NCBI GenBank assembly: GCA_964388725.1
Contig: CAYMBR010000005.1
Coordinates: 3,681 to 67,680 of the forward strand
Source of the DNA: an uncultured Sangeribacter sp.
Lineage (GTDB): Bacteria; Bacteroidota; Bacteroidia; Bacteroidales; Muribaculaceae
DNA length: 64,000 nucleotides
Reading direction: 5' to 3'
Positions 47,918-58,135 of the stretch are shown here, one piece after another. Position numbers and translations under genes: made by a program. Each line of letters begins with the position of its first letter. The stretch's first letter is position 1. Under the pieces are notes generated by a model. It ran no database searches and had not been told where the DNA came from. It saw only the letters and a list, made by a program, of their open reading frames with translations.

Positions 47918-49933
47918 ATGAAACGAGTAAAAGTCTTTTCCATAATCATATTGTTGCTTTTAACGGCAAGTTTTCCTGTCAAATCACAGATCAACGCGGA
48001 GCAGGTGCTCACCATCGGAAAAAATGTGCTTTCGATGGATGACTATATGCTCTCAATCCAATATTTCAACCAGGCAATCAAGGCAAAACCCTATCTTGCC
48101 GACCCCTATTTCTTCCGCGCCCTCGCAAAACTGAACCTCGAGGACTACAAAGGGGCGGAGGCGGACTGCAACGAGGCCATCGCCCGCAACAAGTTCAAGA
48201 CCGAAGCCTACAAACTTCGCGGTTTTGCCCGCCAACAAATGGGCCTTGACTCCCTTGCTATTGAAGACTACAACGAGGGTCTGAAACACAATCCAACGGA
48301 AAAATATTTCCTTTTTTATAAAGGTGTCGCCCAATCCTCAATGGAGAAAAACGACGAGGCCATGGAGACGATGAACACTCTCCTTCGCCTTTACCCACGT
48401 TTTGAGGAGGGTTTTGCAGCCCGCGCATCAATCAATCTTCAGCGACAAGACACTGTGGCCGCCCTTGAGGATGTGGAGAAAGCATTGAAATTAAACCGGG
48501 CATTGATAAATCCCTATCTCATCCGTGCTGAAATAGAGAGCAGCCGCGACAACTGGGACGATGCCCTGAAGGATATGGAAGAGGCGGTAAGACTCAGACC
48601 TGAGGAACCTGCCCTTTACATCAACCGCGCATTTCTGCGCTATAACACCGACAACTACCTTGGGGCAATGTCGGACTACAACTATGCCCTGCAACTCGAC
48701 CCGGAAAACATGGCGGCACTATTCAACCGTGCATTACTGCGGTTTGAGGTAAGAGACCTTATCAATGCGAAGAAAGATTTCACAGAGGTACTTCGGTTGA
48801 ATCCCAGCAACTTCCACGCCCTATACAACCGAGGTCTTGTGCATCTCGAAGCCGGAGACTACAATGACGCGCTTGCAGACTTTAAGTCAATCTCCCGCCG
48901 CTATCCCAAGTTCTACCCAGTATATTACGCCATAGCAGAGGCTGAGCGCGGACTTGGTAATCTGAAAGCCGTCGGAGCAAACGTGAACTATGCAGAAAGT
49001 CTTGTTCGCCAATACGTTGAGAACCCCGAAAGCAACCCTCTCGACCGTCCGACCATAGCCGCCGGTAAACCGCGCCATGCCGACAATGCCCCGGAAACGG
49101 AATTGACCGAGGAAGAGGAAATAGAGGTGATGAACAAGTTTAACCAACTCGTCACCATGCATGAGATACCGGAGACCGAGTTGTCTTTCAACGAGAAAAT
49201 CAAGGGACGAGTACAGGACCGCAACGTAATGGCTGAGCCGGAACCTCTCTATGCAATTTCCTACGCCCAGTCGCCTAATTCGTTGGGGTCCACAGCCAAT
49301 TATTTCCGAGAACTCGACGCATTCAACCGTGGAAGATATATCAACCGCACTCTCTACCTGTCGCCGCTCGATATATCCGGCAGTTCGATGGACTATGAGA
49401 CCCTTTTCAAAATGGCAGAAGACTACACCGCCATCATCTCCAATAGCAGCAACAATGTAAGACCCGCAGACCGGATAGCGCGTGGCATAACATATTCCAT
49501 GCTGAAAAATTATCCGGCGGCCATAGAGGATTTTGATGAGGTGATAAAAACGAGTCCCGACATGACAATCGCATATATGGCAAGAGGAGTGGCAAGATTC
49601 GGAGATGCCCTTACCCAGGAAGACCAGCGACTGGCAGCCGGGGAACTGGCGATGGCTGCTGCGGATTTCGATGCTGCAATACGGCTCAACCCACGCCTGG
49701 CATTCGCCTGGTATGACAAGGGATGCCTGCTATATTCCCAGCGTGACTATACGCAGGCGGCTGAATGCTTCAGCAAAGCCATAGAGATTGATTCCGAACT
49801 TGGAGCGGCATTCTTCAACCGAGGTTTGTGCTATCTGTCGGTCGGCAAGAGAAATGAAGCCTTCTCCGACCTTTCCCATGCTGGTGAACTTGGAATCTTG
49901 CCGAGCTATAATATTCTGAAGAGGATGAAATAG
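47918..49933 (+). CDS. Exported tetratricopeptide repeat protein
   Basis: Signal peptide and many 34-aa TPRs (e.g. ALFNRALLRFEVRDLINAKKDFTEVLRLNP). -7 element TAATTTTG at 47906-47913. Confidence 0.92.
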   Translation: MKRVKVFSIIILLLLTASFPVKSQINAEQVLTIGKNVLSMDDYMLSIQYFNQAIKAKPYLADPYFFRALAKLNLEDYKGAEADCNEAIARNKFKTEAYKLRGFARQQMGLDSLAIEDYNEGLKHNPTEKYFLFYKGVAQSSMEKNDEAMETMNTLLRLYPRFEEGFAARASINLQRQDTVAALEDVEKALKLNRALINPYLIRAEIESSRDNWDDALKDMEEAVRLRPEEPALYINRAFLRYNTDNYLGAMSDYNYALQLDPENMAALFNRALLRFEVRDLINAKKDFTEVLRLNPSNFHALYNRGLVHLEAGDYNDALADFKSISRRYPKFYPVYYAIAEAERGLGNLKAVGANVNYAESLVRQYVENPESNPLDRPTIAAGKPRHADNAPETELTEEEEIEVMNKFNQLVTMHEIPETELSFNEKIKGRVQDRNVMAEPEPLYAISYAQSPNSLGSTANYFRELDAFNRGRYINRTLYLSPLDISGSSMDYETLFKMAEDYTAIISNSSNNVRPADRIARGITYSMLKNYPAAIEDFDEVIKTSPDMTIAYMARGVARFGDALTQEDQRLAAGELAMAAADFDAAIRLNPRLAFAWYDKGCLLYSQRDYTQAAECFSKAIEIDSELGAAFFNRGLCYLSVGKRNEAFSDLSHAGELGILPSYNILKRMK

Positions 49934-50076
49934 CTAAGGCCGTAGTGGTAAATCCGATGGCAGGTCTCAACTTCGGCCGATGGTATGCCGGCATCGGATA
50001 TGAGGCACTCTGCCGGACTCCGAAACATACAGGATCGTCGAGTTGCTTCAATATGAAGTTAGGTTATAGATTCTGA
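49933..50076 (+). pseudogene. C-terminal stub of an outer-membrane beta-barrel gene
   Basis: Reads AKAVVVNPMAGLNFGRWYAGIGYEALC...CFNMKLGYRF*, with alternating beta strands and a terminal-Phe beta-signal; no upstream part. Confidence 0.65.
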
Positions 50077-50088
50077 AACATTATCAAT

Positions 50089-50146
50089 AAATGAAGAAAG
50101 CATCCGGCAAGAACCGAATGCTTTCTTCATTTGATGCTTTCTTCAT
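50089..50146. terminator. Bidirectional hairpin with a duplicated right arm
   Basis: AAATGAAGAAAGCAT (50089-50103) pairs with ATGCTTTCTTCATTT (50118-50132); a second ATGCTTTCTTCAT lies at 50134-50146. Confidence 0.7.
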
Positions 50147-50161
50147 CTTAGGAGCAAATCC

Positions 50162-50836
50162 TCAATTGTCAAAAAAATTGCCTAATCTCCCTTTGCGATG
50201 GTTCATGCGCTCTTCCATGTCAGGCATTTCAGACTCCATAGCATACTCATCCAGACGAGCAGACACGTTATCTCTAAACTTATTCCACATCATCTTCGTG
50301 CCCGACTGGGTGGCATGGAAAGCCATCTTGTTGTCGATGTTCATCCTTTGGGCCATGACATCGACGTCGATGTTGGCACCGATCAGATTCACTGTCCATC
50401 CCATTTCCTTGAACTGAGATATCAGCGCATGCACATCATTCCAGGTGTATTGCGATGAGGCATTTTCATAGCCGTCGGTGATGATGGTGATTACACCGGT
50501 GGCATCCTCATGGGTGGCCGACACAGCCTTGAGTTCTGTGAGAGTGGAACCCACAGCATCGAGCAGTGGTGTTGCACCCCACGGCTTGTAGTCTTTTTTG
50601 GTTATTTGCCGGGCTGTAGCCGCATTCTCATTTTTCATGATGTAGCGAGACGGATTCGAGCCATTACTTTGAAAGGCATAGACCGACATCAGGGAACGCA
50701 GGGTGTCGGCGTTTTTCTCCGCGTTGGTCTTTGCCACGTTGATGGTTTCGTTGCAGCCGGAGATGGTCTGGTCTGCGACATCCTGCATGGAGCCGCTTTC
50801 GTCGAGGATGATGAGATTGAACACTGTTGTCTTCAT
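50162..50836 (-). CDS. Stand-alone vWA-domain protein
   Basis: MIDAS ILDESGSM, GATPLLDAVG, IITDGYENAS and LIGANID. Confidence 0.9.
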   Translation of the reverse strand: MKTTVFNLIILDESGSMQDVADQTISGCNETINVAKTNAEKNADTLRSLMSVYAFQSNGSNPSRYIMKNENAATARQITKKDYKPWGATPLLDAVGSTLTELKAVSATHEDATGVITIITDGYENASSQYTWNDVHALISQFKEMGWTVNLIGANIDVDVMAQRMNIDNKMAFHATQSGTKMMWNKFRDNVSARLDEYAMESEMPDMEERMNHRKGRLGNFFDN

Positions 50837-50945
50837 AATCTTTTAGATTTAAAATTAATAATTAAAAAATGTAAGTTAATGGTAAGAAAATGGAAGTTAG
50901 CGGTTGAGTATCACACTTGTAAGTCAGTAGTCAAACAGGTGTAAT

Positions 50946-51692
50946 TCAGAAGTCAAAGAGGTCTTTGATCGACGATTCACTGTCGCTTTCTTCTTCTTCA
51001 TATCTCTTATCGCGGAGAAAGGTAAACAATCTGCTTGCTTTTCTTCCGGGTTTGTGTGATTCTTCGGAATTGGTAGCAACCTCATTCATTTTGTCACATT
51101 CCGTATCTACTTCGAAAATAGCACCGCTCATAATAGCCTTTCGCTGGAAATTCCGCCGGTCGTAGTTTTTGCGGTTGATTTCCTCATAAAGCCTCTGAAG
51201 TTCGCCGAGCGAGAATGTCTTGCCTAGCAACTCAAAAGCGACCGGTTTCAGTCTGCTCAGTTCCTCCAGATACTTGTGGGCTTCCCTGATTATCATCGCA
51301 TGGTCGAAGGCGAGAGGAGGCGGGAAGCGTTCGTCAAACCAGAGGGCATTTGAAGCATCGTCGCCCGCCACAAGCCGGTAATCATCAGGCCGAACCAACG
51401 CCATGAAAACCACAGTCACCACTCGCTCGCGGGGATCCCTATCGACACTACTGAATGTCTTGAACTGGGTCATGTAGACATCTTTCAAACCAGTCTCTTC
51501 GAAAAGCTCGCGTCTTGCAGCTTCCTCGATGGATTCATCGATTTTCATAAACCCACCCGGAAGAGCCCACATACCTTTGTATGGTTCAATTCCCCTTTCT
51601 ATAAGAAGAATCTTAAGTTTCTCGCCATCAAAGCCATATATGATGCAGTCAGCAGTCATGGCGGGGTGCGGATATTTGTATATATACCTCAT
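50946..51692 (-). CDS. nrtR: NrtR-family regulator (Nudix + winged HTH)
   Basis: WALPGGF...AARRELFEETGL Nudix box, RDPRERVVT, LAFDH and wHTH FSLGELQRLYE..DRRNFQRK. Confidence 0.9.
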   Translation of the reverse strand: MRYIYKYPHPAMTADCIIYGFDGEKLKILLIERGIEPYKGMWALPGGFMKIDESIEEAARRELFEETGLKDVYMTQFKTFSSVDRDPRERVVTVVFMALVRPDDYRLVAGDDASNALWFDERFPPPLAFDHAMIIREAHKYLEELSRLKPVAFELLGKTFSLGELQRLYEEINRKNYDRRNFQRKAIMSGAIFEVDTECDKMNEVATNSEESHKPGRKASRLFTFLRDKRYEEEESDSESSIKDLFDF

Positions 51693-51703
51693 AATTTACT
51701 TCG

Positions 51704-51752
51704 TTTGTGTAATTATGACGCAAAATTAATAAATGTGTCAGAAATACGCAAA
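51704..51752. promoter_or_regulatory. Two 21-bp NrtR-type operators around the nrtR promoter
   Basis: TTTGTGT-N7-ACGCAAA (51704-51724) and AATGTGT-N7-ACGCAAA (51732-51752). -7 element TAATTTTG on the minus strand at 51721-51728. Confidence 0.8.
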
Positions 51753-51878
51753 TTTTTCGGCAACTTTTTTTCGAAAAAAAATTAAAATTTTTCAAATGCG
51801 GCAGTTTTCTAAACTTTTTTGCCCTAAAATTGTCTTAAAATTGATGAATTTTACTAACTTTACATTAAATATATATAC

Positions 51879-52283
51879 ATGCGTATGAGAAAAACTATAC
51901 TGATTGGGATAGCGTCTGCCATTGGGGTGACGGCAATGGCGGCGGATTTTCCCTACGTCACATTTAAAATGACCAATGGATCGTCGAAGGCCATTAGTTC
52001 TGAAAATCTATCAATGACTTTCCAAGACGGGAATCTTGTGGCCACCAACAACGACGGCACATTCCAGATGCCGGTGTCGGGGATTTCAAAGTTTTATTTC
52101 GATTCCGGCACAAAAGTCGAGACGGTAGGTGCCGCTGATTCAAATTCGGGGGTAAAGGTTTTCAGCACCACAGGTGCATATTTGGGAGTTTTTGAGAGTG
52201 CTGACCAAGCCCGCGAATCGCTTTCGCCGGGTGTATATGTCATGCGTTCCGGTAACAATTCAATTAAAACTGTAGCGAAATGA
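51879..52283 (+). CDS. Small secreted protein with a T9SS-like C-terminal sorting domain
   Basis: Signal peptide (AMA) and C-terminal VFSTTG...LSPGVYVM...KTVAK. Confidence 0.7.
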   Translation: MRMRKTILIGIASAIGVTAMAADFPYVTFKMTNGSSKAISSENLSMTFQDGNLVATNNDGTFQMPVSGISKFYFDSGTKVETVGAADSNSGVKVFSTTGAYLGVFESADQARESLSPGVYVMRSGNNSIKTVAK

Positions 52284-54172
52284 AGAAGGCCGCTTTATTT
52301 CTTATGGCAGCCGTCGCTGCCACTTCCCTCTTCGCCCAGACCCTGAATGTCTCGGAGGGCAATGTGACATACGTATTCAATGCTTCAGGTATGGGAGACG
52401 CCGTATTTTCAGGTGGCGACTCTTTCGAAATTCTTGGACGCACATTCAGCGTGGCAAATGTAAGCGGAATGGTTGTGGATTCAACCTCTATTGACGACAA
52501 CACAGTAAACGTGGCCTACAACGGCACTTCGGCCAACGTGACAATAGCCGGAAACATAGCCAAATACGTCAGCGCAACTGTTGATGGAGCCCACGTTAGC
52601 ATCATCCAAAGCAGCGAGACCGAATCTGAAAGTGGCGAAATCACCTACTCGCTATCAGGCGAATCTTCCGATGGTGGTTTTTATATGGAAGGCTCTTACA
52701 AGGCTACTATCGAACTTCGCGAACTGACACTGACCAATCCATCGGGAGCTGCCATAGATATCCAGAATGGAAAGAGAATTGAAATGAGCGCAAAGTCTGG
52801 TACAGTCAATACCCTCACTGATGGCACCAACGGAAGCCAAAAGGGGGCATTGGTATGCAAAGGACATCTCGAACTGAAGGGGAAAGGCACACTTAACGTG
52901 GCTGGCAACACTGCCCATGCCATTTACGCCAAGGAGTATGTAGAGATGAAAAACCTCACCGTCAACATCACCTCCTCGGTGAAAGACGGCATCAACTGCG
53001 CCCAGTATTTCCTGATGGAAAGTGGAGAACTGAACCTTTCAGGTATCGGAGACGATGGCATACAAATTGACTATAAGGATGACACCGACCGCGATGTGGA
53101 AGATACCGGATCTGCAACAATCAAAGGCGGCACAATCAACATTGCGGTTACTGCCGCTGCCGCCAAAGGCATCAAGGCCGAAGGGGATGTGACCATCGAC
53201 GGAGGCAACATCACCATCTCTGCCACTGGCAAAGGGAAATGGGATAGCGACGACAAGAAGACCAAGGCTGCAAGTTGCCTGAATTCCGATGCAAACATGG
53301 TCATCAACGACGGCACTCTCAATCTCACCGCCACAGGAAGCGGTGGCAAAGGCCTTAGTTGCGACGGCACATTGACCATCAACGGAGGGTCAACGACCAT
53401 AAAGACTTCAGGCGGTGTTTTTGCCTATGTCAACAATAAGGAGTATGACGGCTATACCGGCAATACCGATAATCTCAAAAGCGACTACAAGTCTTCGCCG
53501 AAAGGAATGAAGGTAGATACATCAATCGAAATCAACGGAGGCGCCATCGACGTGACCACCACGGGCAAAGGAGGAGAGGGCATCGAGAGCAAGGGGACGC
53601 TGACCATCAACGATGGAACCATCTTGGTCAACAGCTATGACGACGGCATCAACTCTTCAAGCCACATGTATATAAAAGGTGGCGATATCACAGTAGTTGC
53701 CACAAACAACGACGGTCTTGACTCCAACGGCAATCTCTATATCCAGGGAGGATATATAAGGGCATTCGGCGCCACTTCGCCTGAATGTGGTATCGATGCC
53801 AATGAAGAAGGCGGATACTCGGTATATTTCACCGGAGGCACACTTTTGTCAGTAGGTGGAGGCAACGCCACGCCGTCGTCCACATCCTCGACACAGGCAT
53901 TCGTATCGGGATCAGGAACTGTGAAAGCCGACACCACCATTGAATTGAAGAGCGGCGACACCGTGCTTGCTACATTTACAGTGCCGTCAAACTACTCTTC
54001 CGGCAATGGAGGCGGTGGTTGGGGAGGCAGTGGCAGCAGCTGCTCTATTCTCATCACTTGTCCGGATCTTGAATCGGGATCTTCCTATACCCTTGTCAAC
54101 AACGGTTCCTCTTCTAATGTGACTGCCAAACTGAAGGGCAGCAGCAGCGGCGGAGGTGGCGGTTGGCACTGA
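52280..54172 (+). CDS. Carbohydrate-binding beta-helix protein (Cthe_2159/DUF4353-like)
   Basis: Signal peptide, NTLTDG, and repeated DDGI/EGIESK/DGLDSNG...I.GG beta-helix motifs. Confidence 0.82.
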   Translation: MKKAALFLMAAVAATSLFAQTLNVSEGNVTYVFNASGMGDAVFSGGDSFEILGRTFSVANVSGMVVDSTSIDDNTVNVAYNGTSANVTIAGNIAKYVSATVDGAHVSIIQSSETESESGEITYSLSGESSDGGFYMEGSYKATIELRELTLTNPSGAAIDIQNGKRIEMSAKSGTVNTLTDGTNGSQKGALVCKGHLELKGKGTLNVAGNTAHAIYAKEYVEMKNLTVNITSSVKDGINCAQYFLMESGELNLSGIGDDGIQIDYKDDTDRDVEDTGSATIKGGTINIAVTAAAAKGIKAEGDVTIDGGNITISATGKGKWDSDDKKTKAASCLNSDANMVINDGTLNLTATGSGGKGLSCDGTLTINGGSTTIKTSGGVFAYVNNKEYDGYTGNTDNLKSDYKSSPKGMKVDTSIEINGGAIDVTTTGKGGEGIESKGTLTINDGTILVNSYDDGINSSSHMYIKGGDITVVATNNDGLDSNGNLYIQGGYIRAFGATSPECGIDANEEGGYSVYFTGGTLLSVGGGNATPSSTSSTQAFVSGSGTVKADTTIELKSGDTVLATFTVPSNYSSGNGGGGWGGSGSSCSILITCPDLESGSSYTLVNNGSSSNVTAKLKGSSSGGGGGWH

Positions 54173-54202
54173 TGAAAACCGATATAGATTATCGTAATTT
54201 CT

Positions 54203-54231
54203 AAAAAATGCACCCACACGGTGCATTTTTT
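54203..54231 (+). terminator. Intrinsic terminator
   Basis: AAAAAATGCACC ... GGTGCATTTTTT. Confidence 0.8.
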
Positions 54232-54341
54232 ATTTTTATATTGCTTTTGAGGGTGCTAAATTCAATATAATTTGCTCCTTTAAATTGAAATGATTAAATT
54301 TGCAAAAGAAAATGAATAATAACCTAATATCTACATACGGG

Positions 54342-57161
54342 ATGAAGAAATTAAGACATTTTTTACCGATGGCAGGTGTGGCATGTGCTGTGCTGACAGC
54401 CTCCGCCGTGCCGGATGCCCCACAACCGATGCCGGATGTGAACCAAGTGATTGACAACACACCGGACAGTATCAACAAGGCCCGTACCGCCCGACCGGTT
54501 TCCGGCAGCAGCCGCATTGGCAACAACCCTGTGCTTTTCCTCGTAGGCAACTCCACAATGCGAACCGGAACCCTCGGCAACGGCAGCAACGGCCAGTGGG
54601 GCTGGGGCTATTATGCTCCTGACTATTTCGACAAGAGCAAAATCACAGTGGAAAACCATGCTCTCGGCGGCATGAGTAGCCGCACATTCTATAATATGCT
54701 TTGGAAGGATGTTCTTGAGGGAGTGCGCGAGGGTGACTGGGTGATTATAGAACTTGGACACAATGACAACGGTCCATTCGACAGCGGACGGGCAAGAGCG
54801 ACCATCAGGGGCATCGGCGACGAAGTGATGCCGGTCGTGATTCAAGAAACCGGTGTGCGCGACACCGTATATTCCTACGGTGAATATATGCGCCGCTACG
54901 TTCGCGAGGTCAAGGCAAAGGGTGCTCATCCAATCCTTTTCTCCCTGACTCCGCGTATGGCATGGGATGACAAGGACAGCACAATAGTGACACGCGTCAA
55001 CCAGACATTCGGTCTCTGGGCAAAGCAGGTTGCAGAAGCCGAAGGAGTGCCTTTCGTTGACCTCAACGATATCACCGCAAAGAAATTCGAGCGTTTCGGC
55101 AAGGACAAGGTGAAAACCATGTTCTATATCGACCGCATACATACATCCGAATTTGGAGCAAAAGTCAACGCGCAGTCTGCAGCCGAAGGTATTGCTGCGC
55201 TTGATGGCGTTGAGTTGAAAGACTATCTCCTCCCCTTCCCGGTGGATACCATCACAGGCAGCAGCCGTCAGCCCGGCAAACCCGTGCTTTTCACCATAGG
55301 CGACAGCACGGTGAGAAATGAAGACAAGGATGACGACAGCATGTGGGGATGGGGAAGCGTGATTGCCGAACTCTTCGACCCTGACAAAATCACTGTGGAA
55401 AACCATGCCATGGCAGGCCGCAGCGCACGCACATTCCTCGACGAAGGGAGATGGGACAAAGTCTATAATGCCCTTCAACCCGGTGACTACGTTCTAATGC
55501 AGTTCGGACATAACGACGGCGGCGACATCAACACTGGAAAGGCACGCGGCGAACTACACGGCTCCGGTCCGGAAAGCCAGGTGTTCAAAATGGAGAAAAC
55601 CGGTATCAATCAGGTGGTATATACCTACGGATGGTATATCCGCAAGTTTGTTATGGACTGCAAGGAGAAGGGTGCAATTCCTATCGTATTGAGCCATACC
55701 CCGCGCAACAAATGGACAAATGGCAAGATCGAGAGCAATGCCGCAAGCTATGGCCAATGGGCCAAGGATGCAGCCCGTCAGGCTGGTGCCTACTATGTGG
55801 ATCTGAACGCCATATCCGGAAAGAAACTCCAGTCACTGACAGAAAACGGCGCTGCACCATATTTCAAGAAGGACCACACCCACACTTCCAAGTTGGGAGC
55901 CCGCATGAATGCATCAAGCATAGCAGAAGGTATTCGCGGCACTGACTGCTCGCTGAAAGACTATCTCCTTCCGATGTATCCTGCCACCTACAAGATGGAC
56001 AGCACCACACCTTCCTATAATGATATGGATGGTTATGGATATGATTTCGGATCAGCTCCGTCGTCCAAAGGAGACAAGCCATATTTCTTCTCCGTTAGGG
56101 TTCCCGACGGCAACTATATGGTGACCGTGAAACTTGGCGACAAAAAGAGAAAGTCAAGCACTATGGTAAGGGCTGAAAACCGCCGACTTATGCTCGATGA
56201 AGTCAGCCTGCCAAAAAAAGGTTCGGAAGAATATTCCTTTATCGTCAACAAACGCAGCCCCGGAATCAATCTCAAGGACACCGTACGCCTTAATCCGCGT
56301 GAAATTGGAGTATGCAACTGGGATGACAAACTGACTTTGGAGATTACCGGTAGCGCACCAGCCGTGGAGAGTATCACAATCCGCCCCGTTGAGGATTCGG
56401 ACAATGTCATCACTCTTTTCTATTGTGGCGACAGCACGGTAGTGGATCAGGCTCATGAGCCCTACGCAAGCTGGGGACAGCTTATTCCTCAATTCTTCGA
56501 CAATCAGATTGCAGTATCGAATCAAGCGGAAAGCGGACAAAGGACTTCCTCTTTCTTCGCAAGCAAACGCTACGACAAGGTACTTTCGATGGCAAAGCCC
56601 GGTGACTATGTATTTGTGGAGTTTGGACATAACGATGAGAAAGACCGCGGTGCCGGCACAGGAGCATATTATAATTTCGCCCACAACCTGAAGACTTTCA
56701 TCGACCGCGCCCGCAACCAAGATCTAAACGTTGTTTTTCTGACTCCTACTGCTCGCCGCAACTTCAAGGATGGCAAACTTCAAGACACACATGGCGACTA
56801 TCCCAAGGCTATGCGCGAAGTGGCTGAGAGGGAGAATGTGACTTTGATAGACCTCTCAGAGATGACCTCTACCCTTTTCGAATCGCTTGGCGAGGATGGC
56901 AGCAAACGGGCTTTGGTGCATTATCCAGCGGGCACTTATGCCGGTCAAGACAAGGATCTGGCCGACAACACCCACTTCAATCCATTCGGAGCAGACCAGG
57001 TGGCAAGATGTGTGCGCGAAGGTATAGCCGAAAAACTCCCTGAACTTGCAACACATCTGAAGCCTTATAGCCAGTACTCCCCCGCCTCTCCGGATGATCC
57101 GGACCAATTTAACTGGCCAATCTCCACTTTCGTCCTTGTGGAAAAACCTCTCGGGAACTGA
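54342..57161 (+). CDS. Rhamnogalacturonan acetylesterase-like protein (CE12) with three SGNH domains
   Basis: GNST/GDST/GDST block I, three GHND blocks, and DxxH motifs DRIH, DHTH and DNTH; signal peptide. Alternative start at 54312. Confidence 0.88.
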   Translation: MKKLRHFLPMAGVACAVLTASAVPDAPQPMPDVNQVIDNTPDSINKARTARPVSGSSRIGNNPVLFLVGNSTMRTGTLGNGSNGQWGWGYYAPDYFDKSKITVENHALGGMSSRTFYNMLWKDVLEGVREGDWVIIELGHNDNGPFDSGRARATIRGIGDEVMPVVIQETGVRDTVYSYGEYMRRYVREVKAKGAHPILFSLTPRMAWDDKDSTIVTRVNQTFGLWAKQVAEAEGVPFVDLNDITAKKFERFGKDKVKTMFYIDRIHTSEFGAKVNAQSAAEGIAALDGVELKDYLLPFPVDTITGSSRQPGKPVLFTIGDSTVRNEDKDDDSMWGWGSVIAELFDPDKITVENHAMAGRSARTFLDEGRWDKVYNALQPGDYVLMQFGHNDGGDINTGKARGELHGSGPESQVFKMEKTGINQVVYTYGWYIRKFVMDCKEKGAIPIVLSHTPRNKWTNGKIESNAASYGQWAKDAARQAGAYYVDLNAISGKKLQSLTENGAAPYFKKDHTHTSKLGARMNASSIAEGIRGTDCSLKDYLLPMYPATYKMDSTTPSYNDMDGYGYDFGSAPSSKGDKPYFFSVRVPDGNYMVTVKLGDKKRKSSTMVRAENRRLMLDEVSLPKKGSEEYSFIVNKRSPGINLKDTVRLNPREIGVCNWDDKLTLEITGSAPAVESITIRPVEDSDNVITLFYCGDSTVVDQAHEPYASWGQLIPQFFDNQIAVSNQAESGQRTSSFFASKRYDKVLSMAKPGDYVFVEFGHNDEKDRGAGTGAYYNFAHNLKTFIDRARNQDLNVVFLTPTARRNFKDGKLQDTHGDYPKAMREVAERENVTLIDLSEMTSTLFESLGEDGSKRALVHYPAGTYAGQDKDLADNTHFNPFGADQVARCVREGIAEKLPELATHLKPYSQYSPASPDDPDQFNWPISTFVLVEKPLGN

Positions 57162-57675
57162 AATCCATAAAAAACGGAGCGAAGATTTCTCTTCGGGCAA
57201 GAGCTTTCTTGAACGAATGCGGATTGCATCGCATCCAGTTGTGGGTCTCTTCAAGACCGTCAAGACTTATGGTGATGTTGTGCAGACCGCTTCTTCGCAG
57301 GGACTGGAATCTTTCCGGCGTTAGATAAAGGCCATTTGTCACTATGCCCCAGGGGAGTTCGCGGTCGTAGAGCATACGTCCCACCTTTTCAAGGTCGGTT
57401 CTCACAAGGGGTTCTCCTCCTGTTATCACAATATTTAGTATATGCGGATTCACGTGAGGGATGATGCTATCCACTACCTTTATGAAATCCTCTGCCGGCA
57501 TGTCAGGGATCAAGGATGATGACTTGCAGTCGCTGCCGCAGTGACGGCATGCAAGGTTGCACCGCCATGTACACTCCCAAAAGAGTTGCCGGAGAGGATG
57601 TTGCCTCCGACGCTGTTTTGTAAGTTGGAGGTTTGCCTCCAGGGCTATTCGCTGGCGCAGGGATAACCCTTTCAT
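57109..57675 (-). pseudogene. 3'-truncated radical SAM protein of the Bacteroidales rSAM/lipoprotein system
   Basis: QLFWECTWRCNLACRHCGSDC, ITGGEPL and ISLDGLEETHNWMR. Similarity ends ~57195 with no SPASM domain, and the ORF runs into the convergent gene. Confidence 0.82.
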
Positions 57676-58116
57676 TGCTTCTTTTTCAATTTAAAGTCGG
57701 CGGTGAAGCTGGCTTTGCCATTATACCAACCATCACTTCCATTCTTATCATAATTCAAATTCACTATGACAGAGTCCGGTTCAAGATCTCCCGGTGGTAT
57801 GCAAACGACCTTAAGCTGGGATGCTCCCAGACTTTCTCCTATCATGGCGTAGTCTCCGCTGGAATTTGTCTTGACCGTCTCCAAGGAATATTGATCCGAA
57901 GGAACTTCCGGGAAGGATACTCTGACTTCGGCATCATCAACAGGGCTGCCTTCCTCATCTGTGACAACACCCTTAGCCTCAAAATCGCCGTTTGGTGTGC
58001 CATACATACGCAGAAGGCCATTATCGGACTTCGAGCAACTGAAGCCGAGCAATGCCATTACCACCACGCAAAAACGGCTTACGACCGCCATCACTTTCTC
58101 ATTAATTTTTCTTCAT
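57672..58116 (-). pseudogene. Radical-SAM-associated lipoprotein, frameshifted in the signal peptide
   Basis: LLGFSC lipobox and MYGTP motif. The ATG at 58116 gives MKKN*; removing one A from the A5 run (58106-58110) restores MKKINEKVMAVV. An internal start at 58094/58091 may rescue it. Confidence 0.7.
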
Positions 58117-58135
58117 ATTTCTTGTTTTTAGATTA

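Noticed and set aside
54363-55478. 371-aa antisense ORF, and similar long shadow ORFs (10239-11141, 11574-12359, 12958-13755, 3501-4334)
   Set aside because: They lie opposite well-supported genes, have no motifs, and are expected from codon bias.
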